37,424 bases of DNA from a virus (Duplodnaviria > Caudoviricetes): IMG/VR virus record IMGVR_UViG_3300017988_000011, positions 1 to 37,424 of that record. One strand, 5' to 3'. How positions within the stretch are numbered: the first letter of the stretch is position 1; the number at the start of each line of letters is the position of its first letter. The notes under the pieces were generated by a model. It saw only the letters and a list, made by a program, of their open reading frames with translations. It was not told the DNA's origin and searched no databases. This document shows, in pieces, positions 7,530-16,334 of the stretch. The position numbers and the translations under genes are program-made.

Positions 7530-8270
7530 TAGTCGGTTAGGATTGCCTTGGGGAGAGCCTGGGGCTTAGGGTCGAATGCGGTTTTGAAGCGTTGCTGCTC
7601 TGACCTGGGCGGAGCCGTACAAGAGTAGTGTATCTCAGAAGCGATTCCCGGCAAACCATAGCGCATTGTCCTGCCACCGGATGCAAAGGGTATCGTCCCA
7701 TCGACAGTCTGGCTGCGGCCAGTCGTTGAATTGTCGGATTGATTGAGAAATGGCATGATTCCCACTCACTTGGGGATACAGGCAGAGTGAGTGAGCACCC
7801 TGCCTGCACCGGAAACTGTCCGCGCCACCGTTTGCAAGACGATGACTTCCCCCAAGATACACCTTCGCATCCCTTTTGACAACAGGAAATTTGAAGGCGT
7901 ACCAAGCTCATTATTTTCTCCCCGCCCTAAGATTATCTCTGACGCAAACCGATTCTGAGACAATATCGCCGCCCAGCATGATTCGGGCAATGGTTTTGTG
8001 GTGCCGATTGACTCTAGACGCCGCGTAGTACCACACGAGCGACTCTATCCCTGACTGAACTGCAAACCTTGCCGCACTAGGGTGTCTTGGCAACATCGGG
8101 TTTTGCTCGTAAGCTCCCCGGTGTTGCGCTTGGACGCTGGTTACGAGATCTACCGCGCTGCCCTGCCGCCCGCTTGCCAGATTTGCTGGGGAGCGGCAGG
8201 ACGCCGGGATTAGCGGCGGTGCATGGCGCTCACCTCGTTCGGTAGAATTTATAAATCGCCACGGCTTCCC
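7530..8270 (-). ncRNA. candidate large structured non-coding RNA (ends approximate)
   Basis: Nested helices 7605-7612/7969-7976, 7633-7640/7953-7960, 7679-7694/7856-7872, 7703-7710/7813-7820; mismatches read as G-U only on the - strand; no convincing ORF. Confidence 0.55.
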
Positions 8271-8386
8271 GACCAAGATAAAGCAAATCGCAATCGGATG
8301 GCTTGAACTCGATGCCAAAAACAAGGGAATTATATAGATGACTTCCTCGCAAAGTAACACGATGCCTCACGCTTTTTCGCCTCACT

Positions 8387-8536
8387 TTACGCGGTCGCTG
8401 GCGTCAGGTTCGCGAGCTTGCGGGCTTCCCGCTTTTCCCGACGTATCCTCCGTCGCTCTGCCTTTGTCTTTGGCTTCGGGCGGTATCGAAGAACCGCCCC
8501 TGCCATCCTGTCAAGCTCTTCCGGTGTCTCTTTCAT
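8387..8536 (-). CDS. 49-aa basic ORF coupled to the transposase (MKETPEELDRMAGAVLRYRPKPK...)
   Basis: ATGA overlap with the transposase stop; translated manually. Confidence 0.55.
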   Translation of the reverse strand: MKETPEELDRMAGAVLRYRPKPKTKAERRRIRREKREARKLANLTPATA

Positions 8537-9450
8537 GCCGTAAGCTCCTTATAGGTGAGTCTCTTGCCTGCGACCGCCTGCACAAAGCTGGTGAGTCGCT
8601 TCCAAGTGTGGCGCTCGACGTTGCCTTCATTCAGGCGGAAGGAAAATTCATCGACGTACCGGCCAAGGTGCTTCTCTGTGACGTGATGATACACGCCGTG
8701 CAATCCGCGCTTCAGGACCGCCCACACGCTCTCGATACCGTTTGTGTGAGCCATCCCCTTGACGTACTCGCCAGCGGAGTGATTCACGCTCTCCTGGCGG
8801 TAGAACAGCCCGTTCATGTCGTTGTAGGCCGGGTGCTCATCGTTCATCAGCGTCGAGCCAATCTCCACCCGAGCGTGGATGGCGCTCTGAATCTCAGCCA
8901 TGCTGGTATTCTCAATCGCCATCGCAAGGGTTTTCCCGCCACGCTCACGCATCCCCAAGACCGGGACTTTTCCGACCGCTCCACGCCCCATCTTGAGCTT
9001 GTCCTTTTCGTGCTTGTTCGACTCTTTCCCACCGATGAACGTTTCGTCAATCTCCACGATGCCGCTCAGTTTGATGTTCTCATCGTTGCAGGCTTCACGG
9101 AGACGGTGCAGGACGAACCATGCAGACTTCTGCGTGATGCCAATCTCTTTGGCGAGCTGCATCGAAGAGATACCCTTACGGGCTGTCACCATCAAATACA
9201 TAGCGTAAATCCACTTGTGAAGCGGAACGTGGGAGCGCTCGAAAATGGTGCGGGTCCGAACGGTGAATGTCAGCTTGCAGGCGTTACATCGGTAGTATGC
9301 GGACTTGCGTACCGTGATGCGCTCCCCGCTCTGGCAGTCGGGGCATTTAACCCCGTTGGGCCAGAGCAGCCCTTCCAGATAGAGCCGGGCTGCTTCCTCG
9401 TCGGGGAATCTCTCGAACAGCTTGAATGTGCTAATGGTCGAACGGCTCAT
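8533..9450 (-). CDS. IS1595-family DDE transposase
   Basis: Zn ribbon CPDC...CNAC, HTH GISSMQLAKEIG, GIVEIDETFIGG, TLMNDE, HTNGIESVW, RYVDEFSFR. Confidence 0.95.
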   Translation of the reverse strand: MSRSTISTFKLFERFPDEEAARLYLEGLLWPNGVKCPDCQSGERITVRKSAYYRCNACKLTFTVRTRTIFERSHVPLHKWIYAMYLMVTARKGISSMQLAKEIGITQKSAWFVLHRLREACNDENIKLSGIVEIDETFIGGKESNKHEKDKLKMGRGAVGKVPVLGMRERGGKTLAMAIENTSMAEIQSAIHARVEIGSTLMNDEHPAYNDMNGLFYRQESVNHSAGEYVKGMAHTNGIESVWAVLKRGLHGVYHHVTEKHLGRYVDEFSFRLNEGNVERHTWKRLTSFVQAVAGKRLTYKELTA

Positions 9451-9537
9451 TTTTCCTCCAGAGAGTTGCCGGGTTACCTACCGGCCCTCGGTACCACCCG
9501 AGAGGCCCCGCCTGCGCGGAGTGCGCTCGTGCGGAGA

Positions 9538-9897
9538 TCAGCCCTGTTCTACTGGGAGATATTCATGCAAGCGGCCAAGGCCGTCCGTTTGGCCGTTCGG
9601 TCGGAAATCATTGTTCGGGGTCGAATCCTGCTCAGCCTGCGCGATAGCGTCAGCTTCGCTTGTCGCCATGACCTCAATTACGTTAGCGCGGGTTTTGCCG
9701 CCGACCTCGTGATAAACGACATACGGCTTTTCGCTCGCGACTCGTTGAACGAGCGCGAAAAAATCCGCGTCCTCCATCTCGCTCGCGTCCTTTATTGTGT
9801 AGATTCCGAGATCCGCGAGCAATTCAGCCATGCGCTCAGCCTCGGCCATCGTCGCTGCGCTGCCCATCATCTCCATCAATTCGCTGATGTTTTTCAT
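9538..9897 (-). CDS. IS passenger, acidic hypothetical protein
   Basis: AGGAG SD before the ATG at 9897; lies within the IRs. Confidence 0.65.
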   Translation of the reverse strand: MKNISELMEMMGSAATMAEAERMAELLADLGIYTIKDASEMEDADFFALVQRVASEKPYVVYHEVGGKTRANVIEVMATSEADAIAQAEQDSTPNNDFRPNGQTDGLGRLHEYLPVEQG

Positions 9898-9959
9898 TTG
9901 AATCTCCTGCCGCTGGTAGCGGCTCTGGCGTCGGTCGCCACCCTCATTAACAGGACCAT

Positions 9960-9988
9960 TATACATAACTGCCTTGAGGAAGTCAAGT
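9960..9988 (-). promoter_or_regulatory. IS promoter overlapping an internal copy of the IR motif
   Basis: TTGACT-N17-TATAAT; the -35 lies inside TACTTGACTTCCTC, compared with terminal TACTTTACTTCCTC. Confidence 0.7.
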
Positions 9989-10086
9989 ACTTTATTAAGC
10001 CTGTTTTCAGCACTTTACAGAGAGGAAGTAAAGTATATAAGTCCCAAAAAATAAGCAGGACTTGACAAAGGTGTTATACTCCCATC

Positions 10087-10300
10087 GTTACGGTTGATGC
10101 AGTAAATCAACGCGGCTGCCCACAACGCATGAGTCGTCGCGCCCGTAGACAGATACTAGTAGGCTGGAGCTGGAGAGATAGCGAATCAGGAGCAACCGTG
10201 GCCCATAGGACTCCTACCCGTGCGAGGCTCCCAGGGCGATCCGCTACTAGTTAGGTTCGTACGACCTGCTATAAGAATAGACGGGTATAAGGGCCGTGTA
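10087..10300 (+). ncRNA. candidate structured RNA, ~200 nt
   Basis: Extended -10 TGTTATACT upstream; nested pairs GCCCGT/ACGGGT, ACTAGTAG/CTACTAGT, CTGGAGC/GCTCCCAG, AGGAG/CTCCT; no ORF of 60 aa or more. Confidence 0.4.
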
Positions 10301-10545
10301 TCTGCAAGCAAACTTCCATAAATCATACCTACTATAAACGGAATTACGTGTATGAATCCTAATAGAGTATTATATGAGAAGTAATAGTTAAGAGGAGAGA
10401 CACATTGTATCTGCTATAAGGGAATTGCGCTGAGTAAGGTCCGCCAAAGATGTGCGGAAGATTAAGGCTGCTGGGTTACATAATACTCCTTAGCGGACGT
10501 AAATAATCATTGACAACCTATAAGTATTGTGATATGTGTATGTTT

Positions 10546-11115
10546 ATGAGAAAAACATTATTAGAACGTCAAGAAAAGATGCGGGTTAGGATGTATCAAA
10601 GGAAAAGGGTAGGGTGGATTCCTGGTTCTAGCAAACTGTGGCCAGCCCAGCGCGAACAGATCGTTGACCTCGCCATTTCTGGTAGTTTCACCCAGGAGCA
10701 GATAGCAGGTATCTTTAAGGTTTCACAGCCTTTAGTGCATGAAGTGCTCAAACGAGAGGGCTTGACGCGGGAGAACAAGCCAGCCGAAACACGCGTATGT
10801 GCACAATGCGGTGAGCCTGTGAGGATTAACGGACATCGCCGGCGAGCTCGTAATTCATTCTGTTGTGAGGCTCATTACTTCCTGTTCTTGAACAATCCAG
10901 CCTACCAACGCAGTGTATGGGGAACTAAACTGGCTCGCAGGAAGGTAACTGAACACTTCCAGCTACAAGAAGGTAACATCGTTCACCACCAGGATGGTAA
11001 CGATAACAATAATGAATTGACTAACTTGTGGGTGTTCGCAACGAGTGGTGAGCATACAAGCTACCACCGGGGCGGAGGGGCGCAACCGATTTGGAGGGGA
11101 GGCCGGCAGGCATAG
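10546..11115 (+). CDS. HTH + Zn-finger + HNH endonuclease
   Basis: TQEQIAGIFKVSQPLV HTH; CAQC...FCC; IVHHQDGNDNNNELTNL...EHTSYH; the TTG at 10510 is more likely a -35 box, so start uncertain. Confidence 0.8.
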   Translation: MRKTLLERQEKMRVRMYQRKRVGWIPGSSKLWPAQREQIVDLAISGSFTQEQIAGIFKVSQPLVHEVLKREGLTRENKPAETRVCAQCGEPVRINGHRRRARNSFCCEAHYFLFLNNPAYQRSVWGTKLARRKVTEHFQLQEGNIVHHQDGNDNNNELTNLWVFATSGEHTSYHRGGGAQPIWRGGRQA

Positions 11116-11249
11116 CGAGTTTCCGGCAACGACACGATGTCCGTTGTCCGAGGCCTGGGGGGTGGGGGTGCCTATGCAATGGGCATTGACTGCCATTTTT
11201 TATTTTTCAATTTTTGAATTTTCGATTTTTTCCTGTCACAAAATCAACT

Positions 11250-11265
11250 TGACAAACATTTGTCA
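11250..11265. promoter_or_regulatory. palindromic operator TGACAAA-CA-TTTGTCA overlapping TTGACA
   Basis: Perfect 7-bp inverted repeat 20 nt upstream of the RHH gene. Confidence 0.5.
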
Positions 11266-11285
11266 CGTATGATACACGTTAAAAT

Positions 11286-11483
11286 ATGGCGAGTTTGAAT
11301 TTGAGGAATGTGGATGAGGGGTTGGTGAGGAGGCTGAAGATACAGGCGGCCATAGAGCGGGTGACGATGGGGGAGTTGGCGGAAAGGATACTGGACGAGG
11401 GGTGTGAGAGGTACGATGAAGTGGAGGACGCGCCTGGGGGCGGGTTGTCGGAGTGGATGAAGAAATCGGGGGAGGGAAAATGA
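11286..11483 (+). CDS. FitA/Arc-like ribbon-helix-helix DNA-binding protein
   Basis: MASLNLRNVDEGLVRRLKIQAA..RVTMGELAERIL pattern. Confidence 0.75.
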   Translation: MASLNLRNVDEGLVRRLKIQAAIERVTMGELAERILDEGCERYDEVEDAPGGGLSEWMKKSGEGK

Positions 11484-11641
11484 GTCTTGACCAATACGAC
11501 ATCATCGTATGCTGCGACGGTACAGCAGTTATTCACTGTCCTACCGTTGAGGTACGGTGGGAGCAATTACCCGAAGCGACCTACCGGGAGCAGTTGATTC
11601 CGTTTGCCGAGGTTCAGTGTGAGGAATACAACTATGAGTAA
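11480..11641 (+). CDS. hypothetical protein
   Basis: GGAGG SD; ATGA overlap. Confidence 0.55.
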   Translation: MSLDQYDIIVCCDGTAVIHCPTVEVRWEQLPEATYREQLIPFAEVQCEEYNYE

Positions 11642-11783
11642 AGGTCAATGCGTTCATTGCTGGCATTACCATGAGGCTCCGATGGGGGAGATTGTACCAT
11701 CAGATCATGTTTACCAGAAGTGCTGTAAGTGTCCTGAGAGCAGGGTCATTCATGTAGATGAGGCGAGGGAGGGGATGGAATGA
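11634..11783 (+). CDS. 49-aa Cys/His-rich protein (MSKGQCVHCWH...KCCKC)
   Basis: GAGGA SD; fills the gap with overlaps on both sides; translated manually. Confidence 0.6.
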   Translation: MSKGQCVHCWHYHEAPMGEIVPSDHVYQKCCKCPESRVIHVDEAREGME

Positions 11784-12214
11784 AGAGCGTAACGGTCAAG
11801 GTGGTGCTGCCGAGAAATTCTTACGATGACGCCTTGGACATTGCAAAGAGCAGGAAAGTGCAAATTCGCACACTCATCGCGGACGTTTTCGAGCATTGGC
11901 GCGCAACAACTGGATTGAGCCATCTAAGCGAAGATCTCGATAAGCACCCTCCGGAGACGTCGCCAGAACTTGAACCTGCCTCCCCCTCCGTTCCCGCGTC
12001 TGCGTCGAGCGGCATTTCCTTGCTGCCTCCACCATCTGTGCTATTTCCAGACCTTACTCCTGGCGTCGAGTACGTCGTCCAGCACTTTGTAAGCGACACC
12101 CATCTTGCCGAGCTACTGAACGGAGGAATGACGCCCGTTCACATCATCCAAAGCCGCTTCTGTGAGCCGAATCAGTATAAAGGCATCGTTATTTTCGCTA
12201 AGAGGAAGGTATGA
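11780..12214 (+). CDS. hypothetical protein, possible RHH-like N-terminus
   Basis: GGAGG SD; Pro/Ser linker. Confidence 0.65.
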   Translation: MKSVTVKVVLPRNSYDDALDIAKSRKVQIRTLIADVFEHWRATTGLSHLSEDLDKHPPETSPELEPASPSVPASASSGISLLPPPSVLFPDLTPGVEYVVQHFVSDTHLAELLNGGMTPVHIIQSRFCEPNQYKGIVIFAKRKV

Positions 12215-12339
12215 GTGAGACACCGCTGCAAACATCGTTACGGCTGCTTGCAATGTTGACGACGCCGGAGGTTCCGGTAAGCGACTTTTGTAAGGCCTGG
12301 GTCGAGGCGCGGGAGTTCCTGAAGGAGTATGATAGGCGG

Positions 12340-12368
12340 TTGACAAAGCCTCTTGAGGGGCATAGAGT
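12340..12368 (+). promoter_or_regulatory. sigma70-type promoter
   Basis: TTGACA-N17-TAGAGT, 6 nt before the ATG at 12375. Confidence 0.55.
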
Positions 12369-12374
12369 TTCCCC

Positions 12375-12605
12375 ATGAGCCGCAAAAAGAAGTTCAAAAT
12401 CTACAAGGATACGCTTCCCAAGCCCCCGCGCCCACCGGGAAGGCTCCCGATGCCTCAAGTCTTTGTCCCCGACCCGCGCTTGACGCCGGAATGCACGCAG
12501 ATGGCTTCCGACCAGACCCGGCGCGTGCCCTGCGTCGGTCATGGTGTGGTCATCAACAGCCCCGGAACGAGTATTTCCGTTCCTCCCGATAGGAGCAATC
12601 AATGA
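12375..12605 (+). CDS. hypothetical basic/Pro-rich protein
   Basis: Leaderless position after the promoter; stop overlaps the next ATG. Confidence 0.5.
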   Translation: MSRKKKFKIYKDTLPKPPRPPGRLPMPQVFVPDPRLTPECTQMASDQTRRVPCVGHGVVINSPGTSISVPPDRSNQ

Positions 12606-12964
12606 GAATCACTGAAGAAGTCAACCCCTCATCAAACCTTAAAGAAATTGTACCTCTCAATGGGGTTGAGATGCGGGCTTACCTGCTGCACGAAATCAAG
12701 CGTTACTTGGACGGTGAGCATGGTTTGTTTTCTGTTGGTAGGGCTTGGCCTAGCGCACGGGCGGCGGTGAGTATAACTATTGGGTGTCCGGGAATGGAGG
12801 ATGCCCATGACATTGAATTTGATGTGGCTGTGCCACCCGATCCCGAGGATGTCCGTTGTATGCTCACCGGGACGACGCCGAAGCCGAAAGACGCGGTTGA
12901 CGACGCGGAAATCAAACCCGAAGGGACTGCGCCCGTCAAGGTGCATAGGGGGTATGCGGGATAA
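12602..12964 (+). CDS. hypothetical protein
   Basis: AGGAG SD; packed in the operon. Confidence 0.7.
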   Translation: MRITEEVNPSSNLKEIVPLNGVEMRAYLLHEIKRYLDGEHGLFSVGRAWPSARAAVSITIGCPGMEDAHDIEFDVAVPPDPEDVRCMLTGTTPKPKDAVDDAEIKPEGTAPVKVHRGYAG

Positions 12965-13186
12965 ATGGGAGGATTCATTAACATCACATGCCCAGTCTGT
13001 TTGGAACAGCGAGTTGTTTGGTCGCCGTGGGCAAAGCCTAATCGGGATGAGCAGGGAAACCTTAGATATTGGTCGCTTTCCTTAAAGCACCTCATGTGTA
13101 CGAAATTTATTTTCCATCCTATACCTATATGTTCACCTGAGCCGACACAGTATCTAAATCCAGTCCTCAAATGGGTGATAATTTAA
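12965..13186 (+). CDS. hypothetical protein with CxxC
   Basis: Abuts neighbours on both sides. Confidence 0.5.
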   Translation: MGGFINITCPVCLEQRVVWSPWAKPNRDEQGNLRYWSLSLKHLMCTKFIFHPIPICSPEPTQYLNPVLKWVII

Positions 13187-13461
13187 TGCGCTTTCCCATC
13201 ACCATCGTTCGTCTGAAGCCGCTGATTCGCGCAATGGAGCGTAATGCGCGGGCCAATGAGCGCGTAGCCGACGCTCTTGACCGCATCTGCCCGCCCGTCA
13301 TCGAATCGAAGGAAGAGCCGCAAGATGAGGACTTTATCAAGATGACTCCCACCGAGGCGTCACGCGAAGACGTTCAGGCCCGCATCAGACAGGCGCTAGA
13401 GTCCGGCGAAGACCCAAACGAGTTGATTGATAATTATTTTCCAGAAGGGGATGGAGAATGA
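13186..13461 (+). CDS. hypothetical protein
   Basis: TAATG coupling at 13186. Confidence 0.6.
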   Translation: MRFPITIVRLKPLIRAMERNARANERVADALDRICPPVIESKEEPQDEDFIKMTPTEASREDVQARIRQALESGEDPNELIDNYFPEGDGE

Positions 13462-14141
13462 GGGGAATCCTTGTTGAGCAGCAAGCCCGAATGAAAGCCA
13501 AGAACGACAAGGTCGCTGCTCTTTCCTCCCAACAGAGGAAGGCGGAAGAAGCTGCCAAGGCCGAAGCTCGCCGGAAGATGAAAGACAATCTCCTTATCTC
13601 GCTTGCCCAGAAGTGTGCCAGCATTGGAAAACTCATCAAGTTGTTTCCCAAGGGTTTTGAGGAGGGCGTTTTCTTCATCATGCAGGCCGCTGACAAGGAT
13701 AAGAACGTCAAGAAGGTGGTGGAGGCTTGGCAGGACTTGGGATGCCCCACCAATGACGATTCCATCTTTGACCAACTGTGCCTTAAAAACAGGGTGAGGC
13801 AGGATTGGGTGGTCAAGGGGATCTGCGCGGCGGCGAAGGAGTACACGGGACTGATGGCCTTTGCTCTGGCGGATACTGCCATGCCTGCAATCGTTCAAAA
13901 ATCCATCAAAGTTGCAAAAACATCAAAGGGGATTGAAGACCGCAGGATGTTGATGCAGGCTACCAATGTTTTACCGACGAGGGCGGGAATTCAAATCACG
14001 AACATGAATTCTCAGCGTATAAGCGAAGAGAGGACGGATAATACTCAGGTCAACATTTCTCTGCCATCGTTCGAGCAAGACACGACTGCTAGTTGTGATG
14101 AAATGAGAAACCCTCAACCCCTGTTGGGGCAGGGGGAATAA
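13458..14141 (+). CDS. putative terminase small subunit
   Basis: Immediately upstream of the large subunit; helical, charged 227 aa; call rests on position only. Confidence 0.45.
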   Translation: MRGILVEQQARMKAKNDKVAALSSQQRKAEEAAKAEARRKMKDNLLISLAQKCASIGKLIKLFPKGFEEGVFFIMQAADKDKNVKKVVEAWQDLGCPTNDDSIFDQLCLKNRVRQDWVVKGICAAAKEYTGLMAFALADTAMPAIVQKSIKVAKTSKGIEDRRMLMQATNVLPTRAGIQITNMNSQRISEERTDNTQVNISLPSFEQDTTASCDEMRNPQPLLGQGE

Positions 14142-16334
14142 ATGTATTCTCGAAAAATCATCGAGAAGAATCTGGACCGCGAACGGTACAGAATACGCCA
14201 ACTTCTGCGGGACAAAACCTTTGAATTCGTCGAGCATTCCCCCTCCGATTGCCAGCATTCCCGAAAATACTTTCACCAGACAGATAGTTTAGGTAATGAA
14301 CCCAATGTCGAGCGGTACAAGAAAAACCAGCTTAACGCTGATGAAATCAAGTGGATTCTCAACGAGCGGGCATTGTGCCGCTATGACTATCTTTACTTCC
14401 TGACCCACTACTACCATATCGAAACCCACGACAACCGCCTTATTCTTCTTAACCCCAATCTTGCCCAGAGAGCGCAAATTCAATGCAAGGCCGAATTGGA
14501 AGAGAAGGGATTGGGAATCGAAATTCAGAATTTGAAGGCTCGGCAGGTGGGAGTTACGACTGAAAGTGAAGGCGATGTATGCCACCGCGTTACCTTCTAT
14601 TCCAACGTCAATGCTGTGGTAGCTTCATCCAATCCCGCAAAGTCTGGACTTATGGCGGGTAAGATGGAAACCGGATGGGACAACCTCCCGGTATTCCTTC
14701 TCCCCCAAAAAGGCCCGCCGTGGAACCGCCAATGCTTTGAGTTTCCCGAGCAAAATTCCGCCGTGTCGATTCAATCCGGCGCTCAGTTCAATGGCGTGGC
14801 ACGCGGCCAAACCCCAACCTGCGCCCACCTTTCAGAATTAAGTGAATGGAATTCACCCAAGGATGACGTGGACAACGCCATGCTCCACGCCATGCACTCG
14901 AATCCTGAATTGATGGTGATTCTGGAATCTACCGCTTTGATGATGAATGATTGGTGGCACATGACGTGGAAGCAGTCGGTGGCGGGAAAGAACCGTTTCA
15001 CTCCACGCTTTTACGGTTGGTATCTTGCCCCCGACTTCTGGCCTACCGAAACTTATATGAAGAAGTTTCCCATCCCTGGTGACTGGGTTCCTTCCGACCG
15101 TGTTAAAAATCATGCGGAAATGGCTCGCCAATACGTGCTGACCGATGAGGTGGTGCTAAAGATTGTCGGCTCCGGCTGGCAGATGTCCCGAGAACAGATG
15201 TGGTGGTATGACCGGGAGTACAGGGCTGCGCAAGAGCGCCATGCGGTGAATGATTTTCTGCGGGAAATGCCCGCCACACCGGATGAAGCATGGCAGGTTA
15301 CAGGATATTCCATATTTGACGCGGATATTATCCTTCAGCACTGGGAAGGATGCCGTCAACCTGCCGGCGTGTATGGATTCCGAGCCACCAGCGATACAAT
15401 TCCTCTGCGATTACAAGCCGATGAGAACGAGGTTGATCGGAGCAAGGCACCCATTGAAATCAGTTGCGAGTGGATACCGGGCCACAAGGTTGAAGGCCAA
15501 TTACTTCCACTGAAGTGGAAAGGGTATGGCACCGCCGATGAAACCGAAGGTCGGGAAAAATTATTCGTATGGGAATGGCCCCGAAGCGGGCAACAATACG
15601 GAGTTTCAATCGACACATCAGAGGGCATTGGGGCTAATCAGTCTGTGGTTGAAGGAATCCGAAAACAAACTCAGAAAGAATTTTCCGAGCAGATATTTGA
15701 GTATGCATCAACCTGGGCCAACCCGATTGACCTGATTAACATTGCCATGCTCCTTGGAAGCCTCTATTCCCCCCCCCGAAAAGACGGCGAACCGAATCAG
15801 GCAAAACTCATTGCCGAAGTCAAAAGCGAGTCCGACATCACGCAGTTTGAAATGAGGAAACATGGCTGGTACAATTTCCACCACTACATCTCTATCGACC
15901 GCGTTAAATTGGACCCCAATCAGCAACACCGTTTGGGTTGGTACACAACCCCTTGGTCGAGGAAGCGCATTCTGGCGTGGTTTATTTACAATCTCAAGAT
16001 GGGCACTTTTCTTATCAATTCGCCGTGGCTTCTTCAGGAATGCAAAACCCTTCATCGCGATATATACGAGCAGCAATTACGCGCCGAAACGGGAGCGATG
16101 GACGACCGCATCATGGCAAGCAGTTTCGGGTGGTACGCCCTCCACGAATTAGATGAGCGCACCGCTGAAATGCAAATCATGGAAATGCAGCAAGAGGTTA
16201 AGATGGGTGCGTACAAGCCGCAAATCTCCGAGCAACAGCGGCAGGACTTGGAAGATTACACGGGGATGGGATTAGATTTCGGGTCGCAATCAAATATCGT
16301 GATTCCGCAATCCGACCCGGTGTATGATTTCTAG
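14142..16334 (+). CDS. terL: terminase large subunit
   Basis: LKARQVGVTT Walker A, HLSEL Walker B-like, ILESTA coupling motif, nuclease GVSIDTSEG...MDDRIMA. Confidence 0.9.
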   Translation: MYSRKIIEKNLDRERYRIRQLLRDKTFEFVEHSPSDCQHSRKYFHQTDSLGNEPNVERYKKNQLNADEIKWILNERALCRYDYLYFLTHYYHIETHDNRLILLNPNLAQRAQIQCKAELEEKGLGIEIQNLKARQVGVTTESEGDVCHRVTFYSNVNAVVASSNPAKSGLMAGKMETGWDNLPVFLLPQKGPPWNRQCFEFPEQNSAVSIQSGAQFNGVARGQTPTCAHLSELSEWNSPKDDVDNAMLHAMHSNPELMVILESTALMMNDWWHMTWKQSVAGKNRFTPRFYGWYLAPDFWPTETYMKKFPIPGDWVPSDRVKNHAEMARQYVLTDEVVLKIVGSGWQMSREQMWWYDREYRAAQERHAVNDFLREMPATPDEAWQVTGYSIFDADIILQHWEGCRQPAGVYGFRATSDTIPLRLQADENEVDRSKAPIEISCEWIPGHKVEGQLLPLKWKGYGTADETEGREKLFVWEWPRSGQQYGVSIDTSEGIGANQSVVEGIRKQTQKEFSEQIFEYASTWANPIDLINIAMLLGSLYSPPRKDGEPNQAKLIAEVKSESDITQFEMRKHGWYNFHHYISIDRVKLDPNQQHRLGWYTTPWSRKRILAWFIYNLKMGTFLINSPWLLQECKTLHRDIYEQQLRAETGAMDDRIMASSFGWYALHELDERTAEMQIMEMQQEVKMGAYKPQISEQQRQDLEDYTGMGLDFGSQSNIVIPQSDPVYDF

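Larger units (their letters stand above)
8325..10045 (-). mobile_element. IS1595-family insertion sequence with passenger ORFs
   Basis: 24-bp imperfect terminal IRs GGGAATTATATAGATGACTTCCTC / GGGACTTATATACTTTACTTCCTC; A-rich flanks AAAAACAA and AAAAAATA (imperfect TSD); transposase inside. Confidence 0.9.

Noticed and set aside
7600-7735. Group II (GAGCCGTAC) or group I (TTCAACGACT) intron-like words
   Set aside because: No complementary domain V half, no matching downstream P7 partner found, and no flanking exons to rejoin
7537-8360. Track ORFs 7537..7911, 7635..7862, 7766..7990, 7911..8360 and the 5' part of 7367..7765
   Set aside because: Mutually overlapping, Cys/Arg/Ser-rich and without recognisable motifs. 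7537..7911 does have a GGAG upstream, so it is not fully excluded.
10087-11115. IscB/HEARO (OMEGA) system
   Set aside because: The protein is ~190 aa with no PLMP or split RuvC motifs
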